A DNA stretch of 61,963 nucleotides from a virus (lineage: Duplodnaviria > Caudoviricetes). This document shows, one piece after another, positions 17,959-26,355 of the stretch. The stretch covers positions 1 through 61,963 of IMG/VR virus record IMGVR_UViG_3300036790_000395; one strand, written 5' to 3'. The notes below the pieces were generated by a model. It was not told where the DNA came from, ran no database searches, and saw only the letters and a program-made list of their open reading frames with translations. Every line of letters begins with the position of its first letter. The stretch's first letter is position 1. Both the position numbers and the translations under genes were made by a program.

Positions 17959-18399
17959 TTACCTCTTTTTTCTGCGTGCCTCCCGCTCTCGGCTTTTGTA
18001 GAGCGACAGTACGTAATTAGCATCTTGATCCAACACCTCGGCTAAGCGCAATATCAACTCGGCGGAAGGACGGCTAGTACCGGCCAGCACTTTGCCCAAA
18101 TGCGACTTGGTGATGCCGAGCCGGTCGGCGGTTGCCGAGATGTTCAGATCGGGGAATTTGGCGGATCGACGCCCGCGCTGCTCGCCTCCGTGCTGCACGG
18201 CATGACGGCCACGAGTCGGCTGCGGGATCTCGTCGTAGTCGGCGGGCCGCTGCCATGTAGCTTTACGCACTTGCGGGGCGGCTGCCGTGCGGCGCTTCGT
18301 GGAAGTGGCTGCCTTGCGGCGGGTGCTGTTGGCGGCGGGCATGGCGTCTACTCGTGATGCTACGTGTTCGGCGGGCGATTGTCTAGATGGGTTCTGCAA
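17959..18399 (-). CDS. XRE-family HTH regulator (start uncertain)
   Basis: ISATADRLGITKSHLGKVLAG. Confidence 0.75.
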   Translation of the reverse strand: MQNPSRQSPAEHVASRVDAMPAANSTRRKAATSTKRRTAAAPQVRKATWQRPADYDEIPQPTRGRHAVQHGGEQRGRRSAKFPDLNISATADRLGITKSHLGKVLAGTSRPSAELILRLAEVLDQDANYVLSLYKSREREARRKKR

Positions 18400-18685
18400 G
18401 TTTTGGTACGACTCCTCATTTTATTTTCGAGTTGGTACTACGACTGACTGCGCATTTCGATTGGCCGGGTAGCGGCGGAAGCATCTGTTCTGCCGGTTAC
18501 ATTCCTGAACGAGACATGTAGACTCTACACGGCTGAAGCTGCTATGAATGAACTGACCTACTTGTTAGAGGTAGAACACTACTTGTTATTACAAACGCTA
18601 TATATATAGGTCTTTATTTAGTACCGATAGAATGCGCACGTGAGTGCGCAGGAAAGTATAGCTATATGCGGAAATCTATAACAAG

Positions 18686-19297
18686 ATGGTGACTGGAGAC
18701 TCCTATATGTCCGAACCTGATGTATTTGAACAGTTTATGGCTCGCGAAGGCCAATCTAAAGGCCCTTCAGATAAACCCATTGAGAATAATACTAATAAGA
18801 AGTTGTTGCCTTTGCAATTGAACGAGGAGCGATTCAAGCGCCGCGAGCTGTTCGCGCCCGGCACCCGGCTTTTATACCTAGAAGTGTTAGAACGAGTGCT
18901 CAGTAATGAAAATAACAGTTCTAGCGGCACGGGAATGTACCTGTGCCGGTGCCATGCCCCCCGGCCAGGAGGGGGAGAATGCGGTCGGACGGTGCCGATT
19001 TCGTACCACCGGCTGTACTATTCCCGGCCCGAAAGCTGCGGCTGCGTGCCCAAACAACGGCATCCAACCGTGTGCTACGAGAACCTGCTGATCGAGCGGA
19101 TCGAGGTGCTGCGTTGGGATTACAAAGACAAATTATGGGAGTGTTTGTGCCACGAATGCGCGCGTTTGATGTACCGCAAGAGCATCACCGATATACGAGC
19201 GCTTGCACATACTTGCGAGGGGCATGAGGTGGCTTACCTGCCGGTCAGTCGAGGAACTTCTCGACATGCGCGAAGAACTCGCTCGGCCTCAGCTTGA
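18686..19297 (+). CDS. Cys-rich protein resembling the N-terminal DNA-binding repeats of phage HNH endonucleases
   Basis: YLCRC...CG...SCGC and WECLCHECA; no HNH core visible. Confidence 0.55.
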   Translation: MVTGDSYMSEPDVFEQFMAREGQSKGPSDKPIENNTNKKLLPLQLNEERFKRRELFAPGTRLLYLEVLERVLSNENNSSSGTGMYLCRCHAPRPGGGECGRTVPISYHRLYYSRPESCGCVPKQRHPTVCYENLLIERIEVLRWDYKDKLWECLCHECARLMYRKSITDIRALAHTCEGHEVAYLPVSRGTSRHARRTRSASA

Positions 19298-19577
19298 GAG
19301 AATTACAGAGCTGGTGGACAGTGCGGATCGTGGGGCTGCGGCGGCCCCGTTCTAGTAGGGATACGTATGTGCGATCCATGCCGCACAGATCGGCCATTCC
19401 CTCTTGGGACAGACCTCGGATCGCGCGCTGTTGGCGTAGCGCTCGACCGAAGGCGATATCGATTTTAGAACGCACATACTTCTTCTCTAGTCGCTTCAGA
19501 CTGTACTCGTTGTACCGCATGATGGTCCGATCTCGTAAGAGCGCGAGATCAGGAAAGCAACGGACAAGAGTACACAT
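19245..19577 (-). CDS. XRE/Cro-C1 HTH regulator (true start probably near 19520)
   Basis: FGRALRQQR...LSQEGMADLCGMDRTYVSLLERGRRSPT. Confidence 0.85.
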   Translation of the reverse strand: MCTLVRCFPDLALLRDRTIMRYNEYSLKRLEKKYVRSKIDIAFGRALRQQRAIRGLSQEGMADLCGMDRTYVSLLERGRRSPTIRTVHQLCNSLKLRPSEFFAHVEKFLD

Positions 19578-19586
19578 CTTTGTAAC

Positions 19587-20546
19587 CTAAAGGCTGAAAT
19601 AATCGCCAGCGTTGGCCTGCTCGCCGCTGTTGGTATAGCGCTCGGTAGTAGAAACCGAGGAGTGCCCTAAGCTCTTCTGAATCACGTCGAGCGGCGCGCC
19701 GTGCTTGCGGGCCAACTTGGCGTAGCTTCTGCGCAGATCGTGCGGCGCGCAGGTCAGGCCCGCTGAGGCAGAATGCTGCAGGACAATGTTCCAGATGCCC
19801 GAGGCGGATAAACTGGTGCCTATTCTGCCATCCGCACGGATGGAGCGGACCACTCGTCCGTTTGGATCTAGCGCATTTTTCCAGTCCAACACAATGGACA
19901 TCACCCACGCCGGAATGGCGATAGTGCGCAATCGGTTGCCTTTGCCTAGTAGATCTACGATATAGGGGCGGCCTTCGCGTTGTGCGATCTGCGACCAGTC
20001 CAATCGGGATAGCTCGTCGCGCCGGATGCCCGTTCCAAGCAATAGTGCGAGCACTGCGCGGTCGCGGCGGCCACGCAAGATGGTTGGGTCCGGGGCGTTC
20101 AGTAGTGCCTGCGCCTGCTGTTGTGCCAGCCAATTGCCCGCGCGCGTACCGCGTAACTTGCGAGCCTTGATTGTGCCGATAGAGAAGGATGTGCCGTAGT
20201 CGATCCAGCCGTGCGCGGCGCTCTGTTGTGCCAACCGTTTGCAGGCTGAGAGCGCTTGGTTGTGCGAGCTGGTCTCCTGCACGGCTGCGACGTAGTGCTC
20301 GACCGACTCGCGAGATACTACGAATCCATTAGTGCCGAGGAACTGGAGATACCCGGTCAGGTGCCGCGTGTAGACTCTACACGAGTGCGGCGACAGGCCG
20401 GAGAGAGAGGCGGCCAACACTCGTTTCTCGGTATCCCCTAGCAGCACTCGTTCTGCTGACGCAGAACTAGCGTGCTGCCAACGATGGACCTCGGCCTGCG
20501 GCCTCGGTCCAAAGCTATCCGCGATTGCGCTTAGTGCTTCTTCCAT
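19587..20546 (-). CDS. Second tyrosine recombinase (XerC-like)
   Basis: RDRAVLALLLGTGIRRDE, GKGNR, PHDLRRSYA, LGHSSVSTTERY. Confidence 0.93.
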   Translation of the reverse strand: MEEALSAIADSFGPRPQAEVHRWQHASSASAERVLLGDTEKRVLAASLSGLSPHSCRVYTRHLTGYLQFLGTNGFVVSRESVEHYVAAVQETSSHNQALSACKRLAQQSAAHGWIDYGTSFSIGTIKARKLRGTRAGNWLAQQQAQALLNAPDPTILRGRRDRAVLALLLGTGIRRDELSRLDWSQIAQREGRPYIVDLLGKGNRLRTIAIPAWVMSIVLDWKNALDPNGRVVRSIRADGRIGTSLSASGIWNIVLQHSASAGLTCAPHDLRRSYAKLARKHGAPLDVIQKSLGHSSVSTTERYTNSGEQANAGDYFSL

Positions 20547-20659
20547 TGGTTGATGAACTCCTTCGTGTAGCCGATAACGACCGCTACCACCGTGATTCCG
20601 GCCCATAGTGCCAGCAGCGACAAAATGACGTAGACGACGATCAGGAAGATGCCGATCAT
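20531..20659 (-). CDS. 42-aa membrane peptide
   Basis: MIGIFLIVVYVILSLLALWAGITVVAVVIGYTKEFINQWKKH (manual translation). Confidence 0.5.
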   Translation of the reverse strand: MIGIFLIVVYVILSLLALWAGITVVAVVIGYTKEFINQWKKH

Positions 20660-20663
20660 AGTG

Positions 20664-20885
20664 CTATCCGTTCATCCCGGTGCGCTGCTTTAACGCGGCA
20701 ATATCCGCGTAGAACTGCTTCAGATCGCCTTGAATCACTTCGAGCGTATGCTCGATCTTGTCGAGCCGTTTCTCCATCAGCTCGAAGCGCTTGTTGTTGA
20801 GTATTAGTGCGGTGATCGCGACGCCAGCCGTGGAACCGGCAGTCGCGACAGACGTTATGATAGCCGTTAAAATGTTTGCATCCAT
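20664..20885 (-). CDS. Small membrane-anchored coiled-coil protein
   Basis: Hydrophobic N-terminus then heptads; GGAGG Shine-Dalgarno. Confidence 0.7.
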   Translation of the reverse strand: MDANILTAIITSVATAGSTAGVAITALILNNKRFELMEKRLDKIEHTLEVIQGDLKQFYADIAALKQRTGMNG

Positions 20886-20940
20886 AGTGCCTCCATTCGA
20901 TCCAATGACAACGCCAGTGGATCTAGGTGGAGCCGCTATG
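20883..20940 (-). promoter_or_regulatory. Structured RNA element occluding the Shine-Dalgarno and start, copy 1
   Basis: CATAGCGGCTCCA-CCTA-[GATCCA...TGGATC]-GAA-TGGAGGCACTATG. Confidence 0.55.
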
Positions 20941-20942
20941 GG

Positions 20943-21845
20943 CTATCGCGTATGCGCCGGGAAGCCGTAATCGAAGCCGAGCGCTTCAACGTCCCTCTTG
21001 AACTCCTCCATGAGCTTCGGTAGCCGTTCCTGCAGCTTGGCGCGCAGCTCGCGAGGTTCTACGCTGAGTTCTTCGTCGGTCGCGTCCGGCCATACGGCAG
21101 CGTGCCGCGCGTGGTCTAGCTCGCGTTTCTTGCCCTCGCTCCACGCAGTCGGGATCTCGACGAATTCAATCGTGCAGGTGTTAAGTGCCTCGGTGAATTC
21201 CTCGGCTTCGGTGCGGTCGTCGAATGGGCATTCGTGCCACTTGGTTGCCTCGTATCCCACAAGCGAGTACTTCGGTTCGAACTTGTAATTGTCGCCCGTG
21301 CGCTCTTCGTGGGCTATCGGGAATAGTTGGAACTCGCCGGTTCCGACGCGCGACTTGATGAAGTTGTAGAACTTAGTGCTCTTGATGCGGTGTGTAACGG
21401 GCACGCCGTTGAAGCGCACGCCGTAGCTGTAGCTGCTCGGCTCGCCTGCTCGGCGGCCCCATGCGTCTCTATCGGCTGCGGCGTATAGTGCGTTAGCCTC
21501 ATAGTGCATCGGTCCATCGGTAGACGTTAGGTGCCACTTCATGAACGGTCGCAGCTCGGGAAACACGAACTCGATTAGCTCGGTGATCTGCCCGCATGCG
21601 CCTCCTTCCTTAGTGCCATCGCTCACCGATCCCGTTATGCTCAGCGTGCAGTGCCCGTTCTTGCAGTCGTCATCAAATCGGATTAGGGCATTCACCCGGA
21701 TGCCGGTGCCCTTGTAAGCCCGGTATTGTGCCAATTCTCCCGTCAGATCCTTATTCGCCACGCCCCGCGAGAGGGTTAGATACTGGATCTTTCGCTCGCG
21801 GTCTTGGACGAACCGCTTCTCTGTTTTCTCTTCCATCGTCAACAT
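20943..21845 (-). CDS. Hypothetical phage protein
   Basis: Long ORF with GGAGG Shine-Dalgarno; DDDCKNGH, KWHLTSTDGPMHY motifs. Confidence 0.75.
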   Translation of the reverse strand: MLTMEEKTEKRFVQDRERKIQYLTLSRGVANKDLTGELAQYRAYKGTGIRVNALIRFDDDCKNGHCTLSITGSVSDGTKEGGACGQITELIEFVFPELRPFMKWHLTSTDGPMHYEANALYAAADRDAWGRRAGEPSSYSYGVRFNGVPVTHRIKSTKFYNFIKSRVGTGEFQLFPIAHEERTGDNYKFEPKYSLVGYEATKWHECPFDDRTEAEEFTEALNTCTIEFVEIPTAWSEGKKRELDHARHAAVWPDATDEELSVEPRELRAKLQERLPKLMEEFKRDVEALGFDYGFPAHTR

Positions 21846-21857
21846 AGTGCCTCCTGT

Positions 21858-21911
21858 TAGTGCCTCCATTCGGACTGCCGACCGTGCCGACCGTCCTAAG
21901 TGGAACCGCTA
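21858..21911 (-). promoter_or_regulatory. Structured RNA element, copy 2
   Basis: TAGCGGTTCCA-CTTA-[GGAC...GTCC]-GAA-TGGAGGCACTA; inner stem differs from copy 1 but still pairs. Confidence 0.55.
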
Positions 21912-21916
21912 TAGGT

Positions 21917-22363
21917 TTAGCGCGCTCCGCGAGACATCTTCATCTCATCGGCATAGTGCGTATAGGCTTCGTCCTCGGTGCGCTCTATCGGGTATGAATC
22001 GAACTCATGCGGCCCGAAGTAGCTGAGCAGATCCCAATAAACGAGAGCACGTTTCATCGGTTCAGTCGATAGTGCGTCTTCTCTGTAGCTGGCCTCATCC
22101 TGCCCGCACGATTGTGCGACTTCTGTCAACTTTTCAAACCACCATTCATGTTGCGCATTGTTCTCTAACAGAACGCGATACTCATTCAACTTGGTCGCGC
22201 CTTCTGTTTTGTGCCATTGTTCGTCTGATCCAGGTTCGAACCATGTCAGCTCTGGTCCATAAACTCCTGTTGTATCGATGTAGACGAAGCCTCCACCATG
22301 CGCGATAGGATCGACATCTCCAATGTGCCCTACGCATTTCCATTCCGGTTGTTGTGTACTCAT
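21917..22363 (-). CDS. Hypothetical phage protein
   Basis: IGDVDPIAHGGGFVY; GGGAG Shine-Dalgarno. Confidence 0.7.
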   Translation of the reverse strand: MSTQQPEWKCVGHIGDVDPIAHGGGFVYIDTTGVYGPELTWFEPGSDEQWHKTEGATKLNEYRVLLENNAQHEWWFEKLTEVAQSCGQDEASYREDALSTEPMKRALVYWDLLSYFGPHEFDSYPIERTEDEAYTHYADEMKMSRGAR

Positions 22364-22368
22364 AAAGT

Positions 22369-22424
22369 CTCCCGATCCGCATAGTGCGGATTTCGTCGTC
22401 TTTCAGCGGTACTCATCAGGGGAG
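22369..22424 (-). ncRNA. Type I hammerhead ribozyme (imperfect stem II)
   Basis: CTCCC-CTGATGA-GT...AC-GAAA-TCCGCA-CTA-TGCGGA-TC-GGGAG; AUC cleavage triplet. Confidence 0.8.
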
Positions 22425-22588
22425 TTTAGTCGAAGCTCGAACTCAAGCTTGTGGTATGCTTCGATAGTTTGCTTTTGCAGCGGGCTATTGGGAAACTGCC
22501 TTAGTGCCAAATTTTGAAGCTTTAGGATCTTCAACTGAGTTGAATCGACACTAGCCAAGATACTTGCTACAGATCTTTTGGTTCGCAT
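22403..22588 (-). CDS. Hypothetical protein
   Basis: TAATG coupling with the upstream gene; 3' end overlaps the ribozyme. Confidence 0.55.
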   Translation of the reverse strand: MRTKRSVASILASVDSTQLKILKLQNLALRQFPNSPLQKQTIEAYHKLEFELRLNSPDEYR

Positions 22589-22959
22589 TACTCTTCACTT
22601 CCATATTGCGCATCGATAACCGCGAAGTACTCATTCGATTCGAACTCTAGAATGCAGTCTGCTACACTCGGGAACTTGCGAACATCCATAGTGCGAGTTC
22701 GGGTAACCCGCTCGCCGTTCGATAGCGTCTTAGTGCGACTAAATGTTACTTCTGCATCCGCGATACTTGCATCTTGAAAGTCGCCATCATTCGTAATGTG
22801 CAACACCATATCGCGCAATGTAGGCTGACTGCCATCCGAATAGTGAGTGAACGGGTACTTTTGATTGGATGCCTTGAAGGACTTGGCGCAAGTGCAAGCA
22901 GGCATCCATATCTTACCGCCGATGATACCCGAGATAATAACTGATGTATTACTGCTCAT
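22588..22959 (-). CDS. Hypothetical protein
   Basis: GGAG Shine-Dalgarno supplied by ribozyme stem I. Confidence 0.65.
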   Translation of the reverse strand: MSSNTSVIISGIIGGKIWMPACTCAKSFKASNQKYPFTHYSDGSQPTLRDMVLHITNDGDFQDASIADAEVTFSRTKTLSNGERVTRTRTMDVRKFPSVADCILEFESNEYFAVIDAQYGSEE

Positions 22960-22964
22960 ATACT

Positions 22965-23016
22965 CTCCAGACGTGCGGATCGCACGTTTCGACTCTTGTA
23001 AGTCTCATCAGTGGAG
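22965..23016 (-). ncRNA. Type I hammerhead ribozyme
   Basis: CTCCA-CTGATGA-GACT(TACAAG)AGTC-GAAA-CGTGCG(ATC)CGCACG-TC-TGGAG; full consensus core, GUC site. Confidence 0.93.
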
Positions 23017-23276
23017 TTACTCGACTTCGATAAACTCAGGCGTGGGATAACCTTCCCCCGGTTCCATGCTGTAAAGCGATAACATCTCGGCATCCCCTTG
23101 AGCGAATGCCATCTGAGCAGGTGTGTAATCGTCGAAGTACTCGCGGTCGGTATCGCCCGGTTTTAGCGTCAAGAATCCTAGCAGTGCTCGCAACGTCTCA
23201 TTTGAATCCGTGGCATGCATCGGAGAACAGCAGAAGTCTTCACCGGAGAAACATGACGTAAACTATCGTGTTTCAT
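23017..23276 (-). pseudogene. Probable 5'-deleted or frameshifted phage gene
   Basis: The Shine-Dalgarno-led ATG at 23276 is out of frame with the protein-like frame FSGEDFCCSPMHATDS...FLTLKPGDTDREYF, which has an upstream in-frame TAG. Confidence 0.5.
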
Positions 23277-23281
23277 GATCT

Positions 23282-23302
23282 CTCCAGACTGCTGTTGTGG
23301 AG
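23282..23302 (-). other. Hammerhead relic (core deleted)
   Basis: CTCCA-CAACA-GCAGTC-TGGAG: same stem I and 3' flank as the 23661 ribozyme, but no catalytic core. Confidence 0.6.
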
Positions 23303-23650
23303 TTAAGCGTAATTGCCACGTTCTATAATGTCTCCCCAACATCCAACTTTGAAGCCGCGACCGTGAACGTATAGCAGGGTAACTTTGTAAGTATCACCCG
23401 AGTTAACATACTCGATAGCGGGCGATTTTTGGCCCTTACCTGCGTCGATATATTCATGCCCATGTAGGTTAAGGATTCCGCTGACCTCTTCCAATTTCTC
23501 GCAGCGTTTCAAGGCGCTATTCTCTAAGACCGCACGTATCAGTTTCGCTCTATCCCGCGCGGATTGATCAGACCTCGGATCGTTCAGACCTCCGGTATAG
23601 CGGGTAGTTAGTAACTCCAAGGTCTTAACACTCGGTAGATTTCGTCTCAT
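23303..23650 (-). CDS. Hypothetical phage protein
   Basis: YVNSGDTYKVTLL...CWGDIIER; start follows the ribozyme. Confidence 0.7.
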   Translation of the reverse strand: MRRNLPSVKTLELLTTRYTGGLNDPRSDQSARDRAKLIRAVLENSALKRCEKLEEVSGILNLHGHEYIDAGKGQKSPAIEYVNSGDTYKVTLLYVHGRGFKVGCWGDIIERGNYA

Positions 23651-23660
23651 CTCAATTTCT

Positions 23661-23710
23661 CTCCAGACTGCCCTATGGCAGTTTCGTCCCATCAGGACTC
23701 ATCAGTGGAG
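23661..23710 (-). ncRNA. Type I hammerhead ribozyme
   Basis: CTCCA-CTGATGA-GTCC(TGATG)GGAC-GAAA-CTGCC(ATAG)GGCAG-TC-TGGAG; full consensus core, GUC site. Confidence 0.93.
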
Positions 23711-23974
23711 TTAGTCGCCGTAGAAGTTCTCGCAAGATACTTCAATCTGTATCGCGCGTACCTCGGTGCGCTCAACGAGAGCTATCATTCGATCCCACGC
23801 GCGCGCCAGGGCATTCACCTGCCTATCAATCGCGCGATAAGCTGCCTTATCGTTATGATCAGTAACGTACTGCGGTAGGATCTCAGCGGCCATGCTCACT
23901 TCGTTATCCCTGCGTGAACGCAGATCCGCGACAATCGCCGCTAACTGCTCTGATACATGCTCGATCTTCACCAT
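23711..23974 (-). CDS. Hypothetical protein
   Basis: GAGGAG Shine-Dalgarno; its stop abuts the ribozyme. Confidence 0.65.
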   Translation of the reverse strand: MVKIEHVSEQLAAIVADLRSRRDNEVSMAAEILPQYVTDHNDKAAYRAIDRQVNALARAWDRMIALVERTEVRAIQIEVSCENFYGD

Positions 23975-24927
23975 GATTCATTCTCTCCTCAATCGCAGAT
24001 AATTACAATATCACCAGTACTAGACCTTAGCGTCTCGCCTAACTCGATGAAGTTCTTCTTACTCATCTGCTCTCCTCTGCGGCTGCCTATCGGCTGCCTA
24101 TTTCAGAGTATAGCTTGTGGCTGTGTGCGTCAACAAATACTTTCCAAGCAGGCTATAGGACTATCCTGAGAAATGGCGCGGTCTGTGTAGACTCTACACA
24201 GCCTGCTCCCGGATCTCTTCTCGGGCGGGTTGGTGCGGGCTATGGTATCGGGTAGCCGTGCTATACTCACGGGTAAGGGGCGCTGCATCCACACCCTATC
24301 CGTTGATCGTAACGCGCGTATGGGTAGCGCGTGCATAGCTCCTTAGGAAGCTAATCGCAAGCGCTGTACATACCTCTCGCCGATAGCGCCTGCTCTGTGC
24401 TCTGCTAAGTGCCCATAGCGCGTAAGCTAGCCTAACGCGCGCGCGCCATCACGTACTCACGATATTACTACTTATCGTCACTACGTTACCTGTTATCAAC
24501 AACTTACGTATCTACACCCCTGCTCCTCTAGGTATACGTCCGGCTGCGGCGCTGAGCAGCGCCTATACGCGCGCGCGAGAGCTGCGCGGAATTGTCCAGG
24601 GGTGACGGGCCTGCGCCAGTGCCTTGACTTTGCAGATCTACGATTTTTTGGTCGGCGCTTTTTTGCCGGTCGGATTTTTTGGGTGCTATGATTTTTCGAG
24701 GGCCGTACGGAAAGAACGGCGTGCAGTTAGCTCAATTCTAGATAAGGGCGACCGGCTCTCCCTCATATCCTCGGATCTGCGGCCCTGCTATCCTTATCAT
24801 CGGGCCGGTCCCGTTTGGGCGCTTATATCAGATCTGCTTCGGGAACTCCCGGCCCGCGCAATCAATGAGCCTGAATGTCCGCCGCCCGTAGGCGCGCGAC
24901 GTCAGGCGACCTATATAATGGCTTGGT

Positions 24928-25317
24928 ATGAACAAAATGGCGCTAACCAAATCAGACGGCTCGCGGGCACTGTCGCTGGTGCTCGAACCCGGCAACCTGC
25001 ATCGGCTGCAGCAGGGCGATCCGATCAAGCTGTGCGTGCATGAGCTGTTCCCGGACGGCATCCCGCGCAAGCTCGATCTGCTCATCTCCTTCAGCGAGAC
25101 GCCGATAGCGGATGCGCGCGAATTGGCGAAACACGCGGAAGTCGCGTTTGACGACCGCTCGCGTGTGACCAAGAAGCCGCACTGCCCCGAATGCCGCTCG
25201 ACTATCGAGCAATTGGGCGTGTGGAAGAATGAGTCGCCGGTCGCGCTCACCTTCTGCCCTTCCTGCGGCTGCGTCTTTGGCGCGCTTGACTCTGTTGCGT
25301 TCAAGCAGGCGGAATGA
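24928..25317 (+). CDS. Hypothetical protein with C-terminal zinc ribbon
   Basis: CPEC...CPSC. Confidence 0.6.
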   Translation: MNKMALTKSDGSRALSLVLEPGNLHRLQQGDPIKLCVHELFPDGIPRKLDLLISFSETPIADARELAKHAEVAFDDRSRVTKKPHCPECRSTIEQLGVWKNESPVALTFCPSCGCVFGALDSVAFKQAE

Positions 25318-25586
25318 GTAAAGATCAATCAGATCCGCGCCGTACCGATATGCTACAAGACGATATCCCCGAGCTGCGCGGCAAGTCGCCCGACGAACTG
25401 CGCTTCTGGCGGCTCATCGAGTCGCGCGAGCCGGACGGCGACTACAACGAGAACATCGCGCTCGCCTGCGGGCACCTGATATTTACTGTCGGCCAGCCGC
25501 CCGAGCTGCAGTATATGTTCTGCGCTCAGTGTTTACACGATTGGCTCGAAGCCGAGCGCAAGGCCCGTGTAGAGTCTACATCATGA
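25314..25586 (+). CDS. Hypothetical protein
   Basis: LACGH...CAQC; ATGA overlaps. Confidence 0.6.
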   Translation: MSKDQSDPRRTDMLQDDIPELRGKSPDELRFWRLIESREPDGDYNENIALACGHLIFTVGQPPELQYMFCAQCLHDWLEAERKARVESTS

Positions 25587-25972
25587 TGGTTGATTCCGAG
25601 TGGTTGGTTGAGCGTATCGATGCTTGGCTGTCCTACCTCGACAAGCTACCCCATCGCACGCCAGCGAACGACGCCGATAAGCAGTTGTATGCGGCTGGCT
25701 TAATAGACATGGCTGAGCATATCCGAGAGGGCATTATGCAGGAAGGCGACTGGCAGGGGCTACGGGAGTTCTTGGGCGACGCCGCGCCAGCCAGCCTGCC
25801 CAAGCACGGTTGGGGCGCTGTAGACTCTACACCAGACATCCCTAACATCGTCTGCCCGCAATGCGGCGCGCGCTCCTATCATCCGCAGGATGTTAGCGAG
25901 CGCTACTGCGGCCACTGCCATCAGTTCCACGCCGAGATGCGTGTAGGCTCTACACCAAAGGAATCTCTATGA
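25583..25972 (+). CDS. Hypothetical protein with zinc ribbon
   Basis: CPQCGARSYHPQDVSERYCGHCHQF. Confidence 0.6.
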   Translation: MMVDSEWLVERIDAWLSYLDKLPHRTPANDADKQLYAAGLIDMAEHIREGIMQEGDWQGLREFLGDAAPASLPKHGWGAVDSTPDIPNIVCPQCGARSYHPQDVSERYCGHCHQFHAEMRVGSTPKESL

Positions 25973-26355
25973 AGAACATAGCCCCCGGCGAGCGCTACAC
26001 CGAATGGGTCAGCGGCGTGAATCAGCGCGGCGAGCCATTCATTCAACTTGCGCAGATCCGTGATGGCAAGCGCATCCTGCTCGGCCAGATGACGCCGAAC
26101 GAGGCGCGCTCGCTCGCGATGCAAGGCATCGAAGCGGCGGAAGCTGCCGAGACGGACGCCTATATGTGGAAGTTCTTCAAGACTCGCATGGAGCTGCAGG
26201 ACGCGCAGGTCGCCGCGTTTATCGCCGACTTCCGCGACTTCCGCGCGCAGTTCGGCACCTCCGAGCCGACCTCGCCCGAGCACTGGAACGCCGTCATGGA
26301 TGAGATCGCCCGCGCCCGCACGGGTAAGTCCTTCGACCCGACGAAGAAGCAATGA
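25969..26355 (+). CDS. Hypothetical protein
   Basis: Overlap-coupled ORF; QMTPNEARSLA...AAEAAETDA. Confidence 0.65.
   Translation: MKNIAPGERYTEWVSGVNQRGEPFIQLAQIRDGKRILLGQMTPNEARSLAMQGIEAAEAAETDAYMWKFFKTRMELQDAQVAAFIADFRDFRAQFGTSEPTSPEHWNAVMDEIARARTGKSFDPTKKQ

Larger units (their letters stand above)
19922..22736 (+). repeat. Cluster of 22 co-oriented TAGTGC hexamers
   Basis: Counted by eye; all on the same strand, in coding and non-coding DNA. Confidence 0.85.

Noticed and set aside
24720-24830. tRNA-like TAGCTCAATT segment
   Set aside because: No T-arm or acceptor stem can be built.
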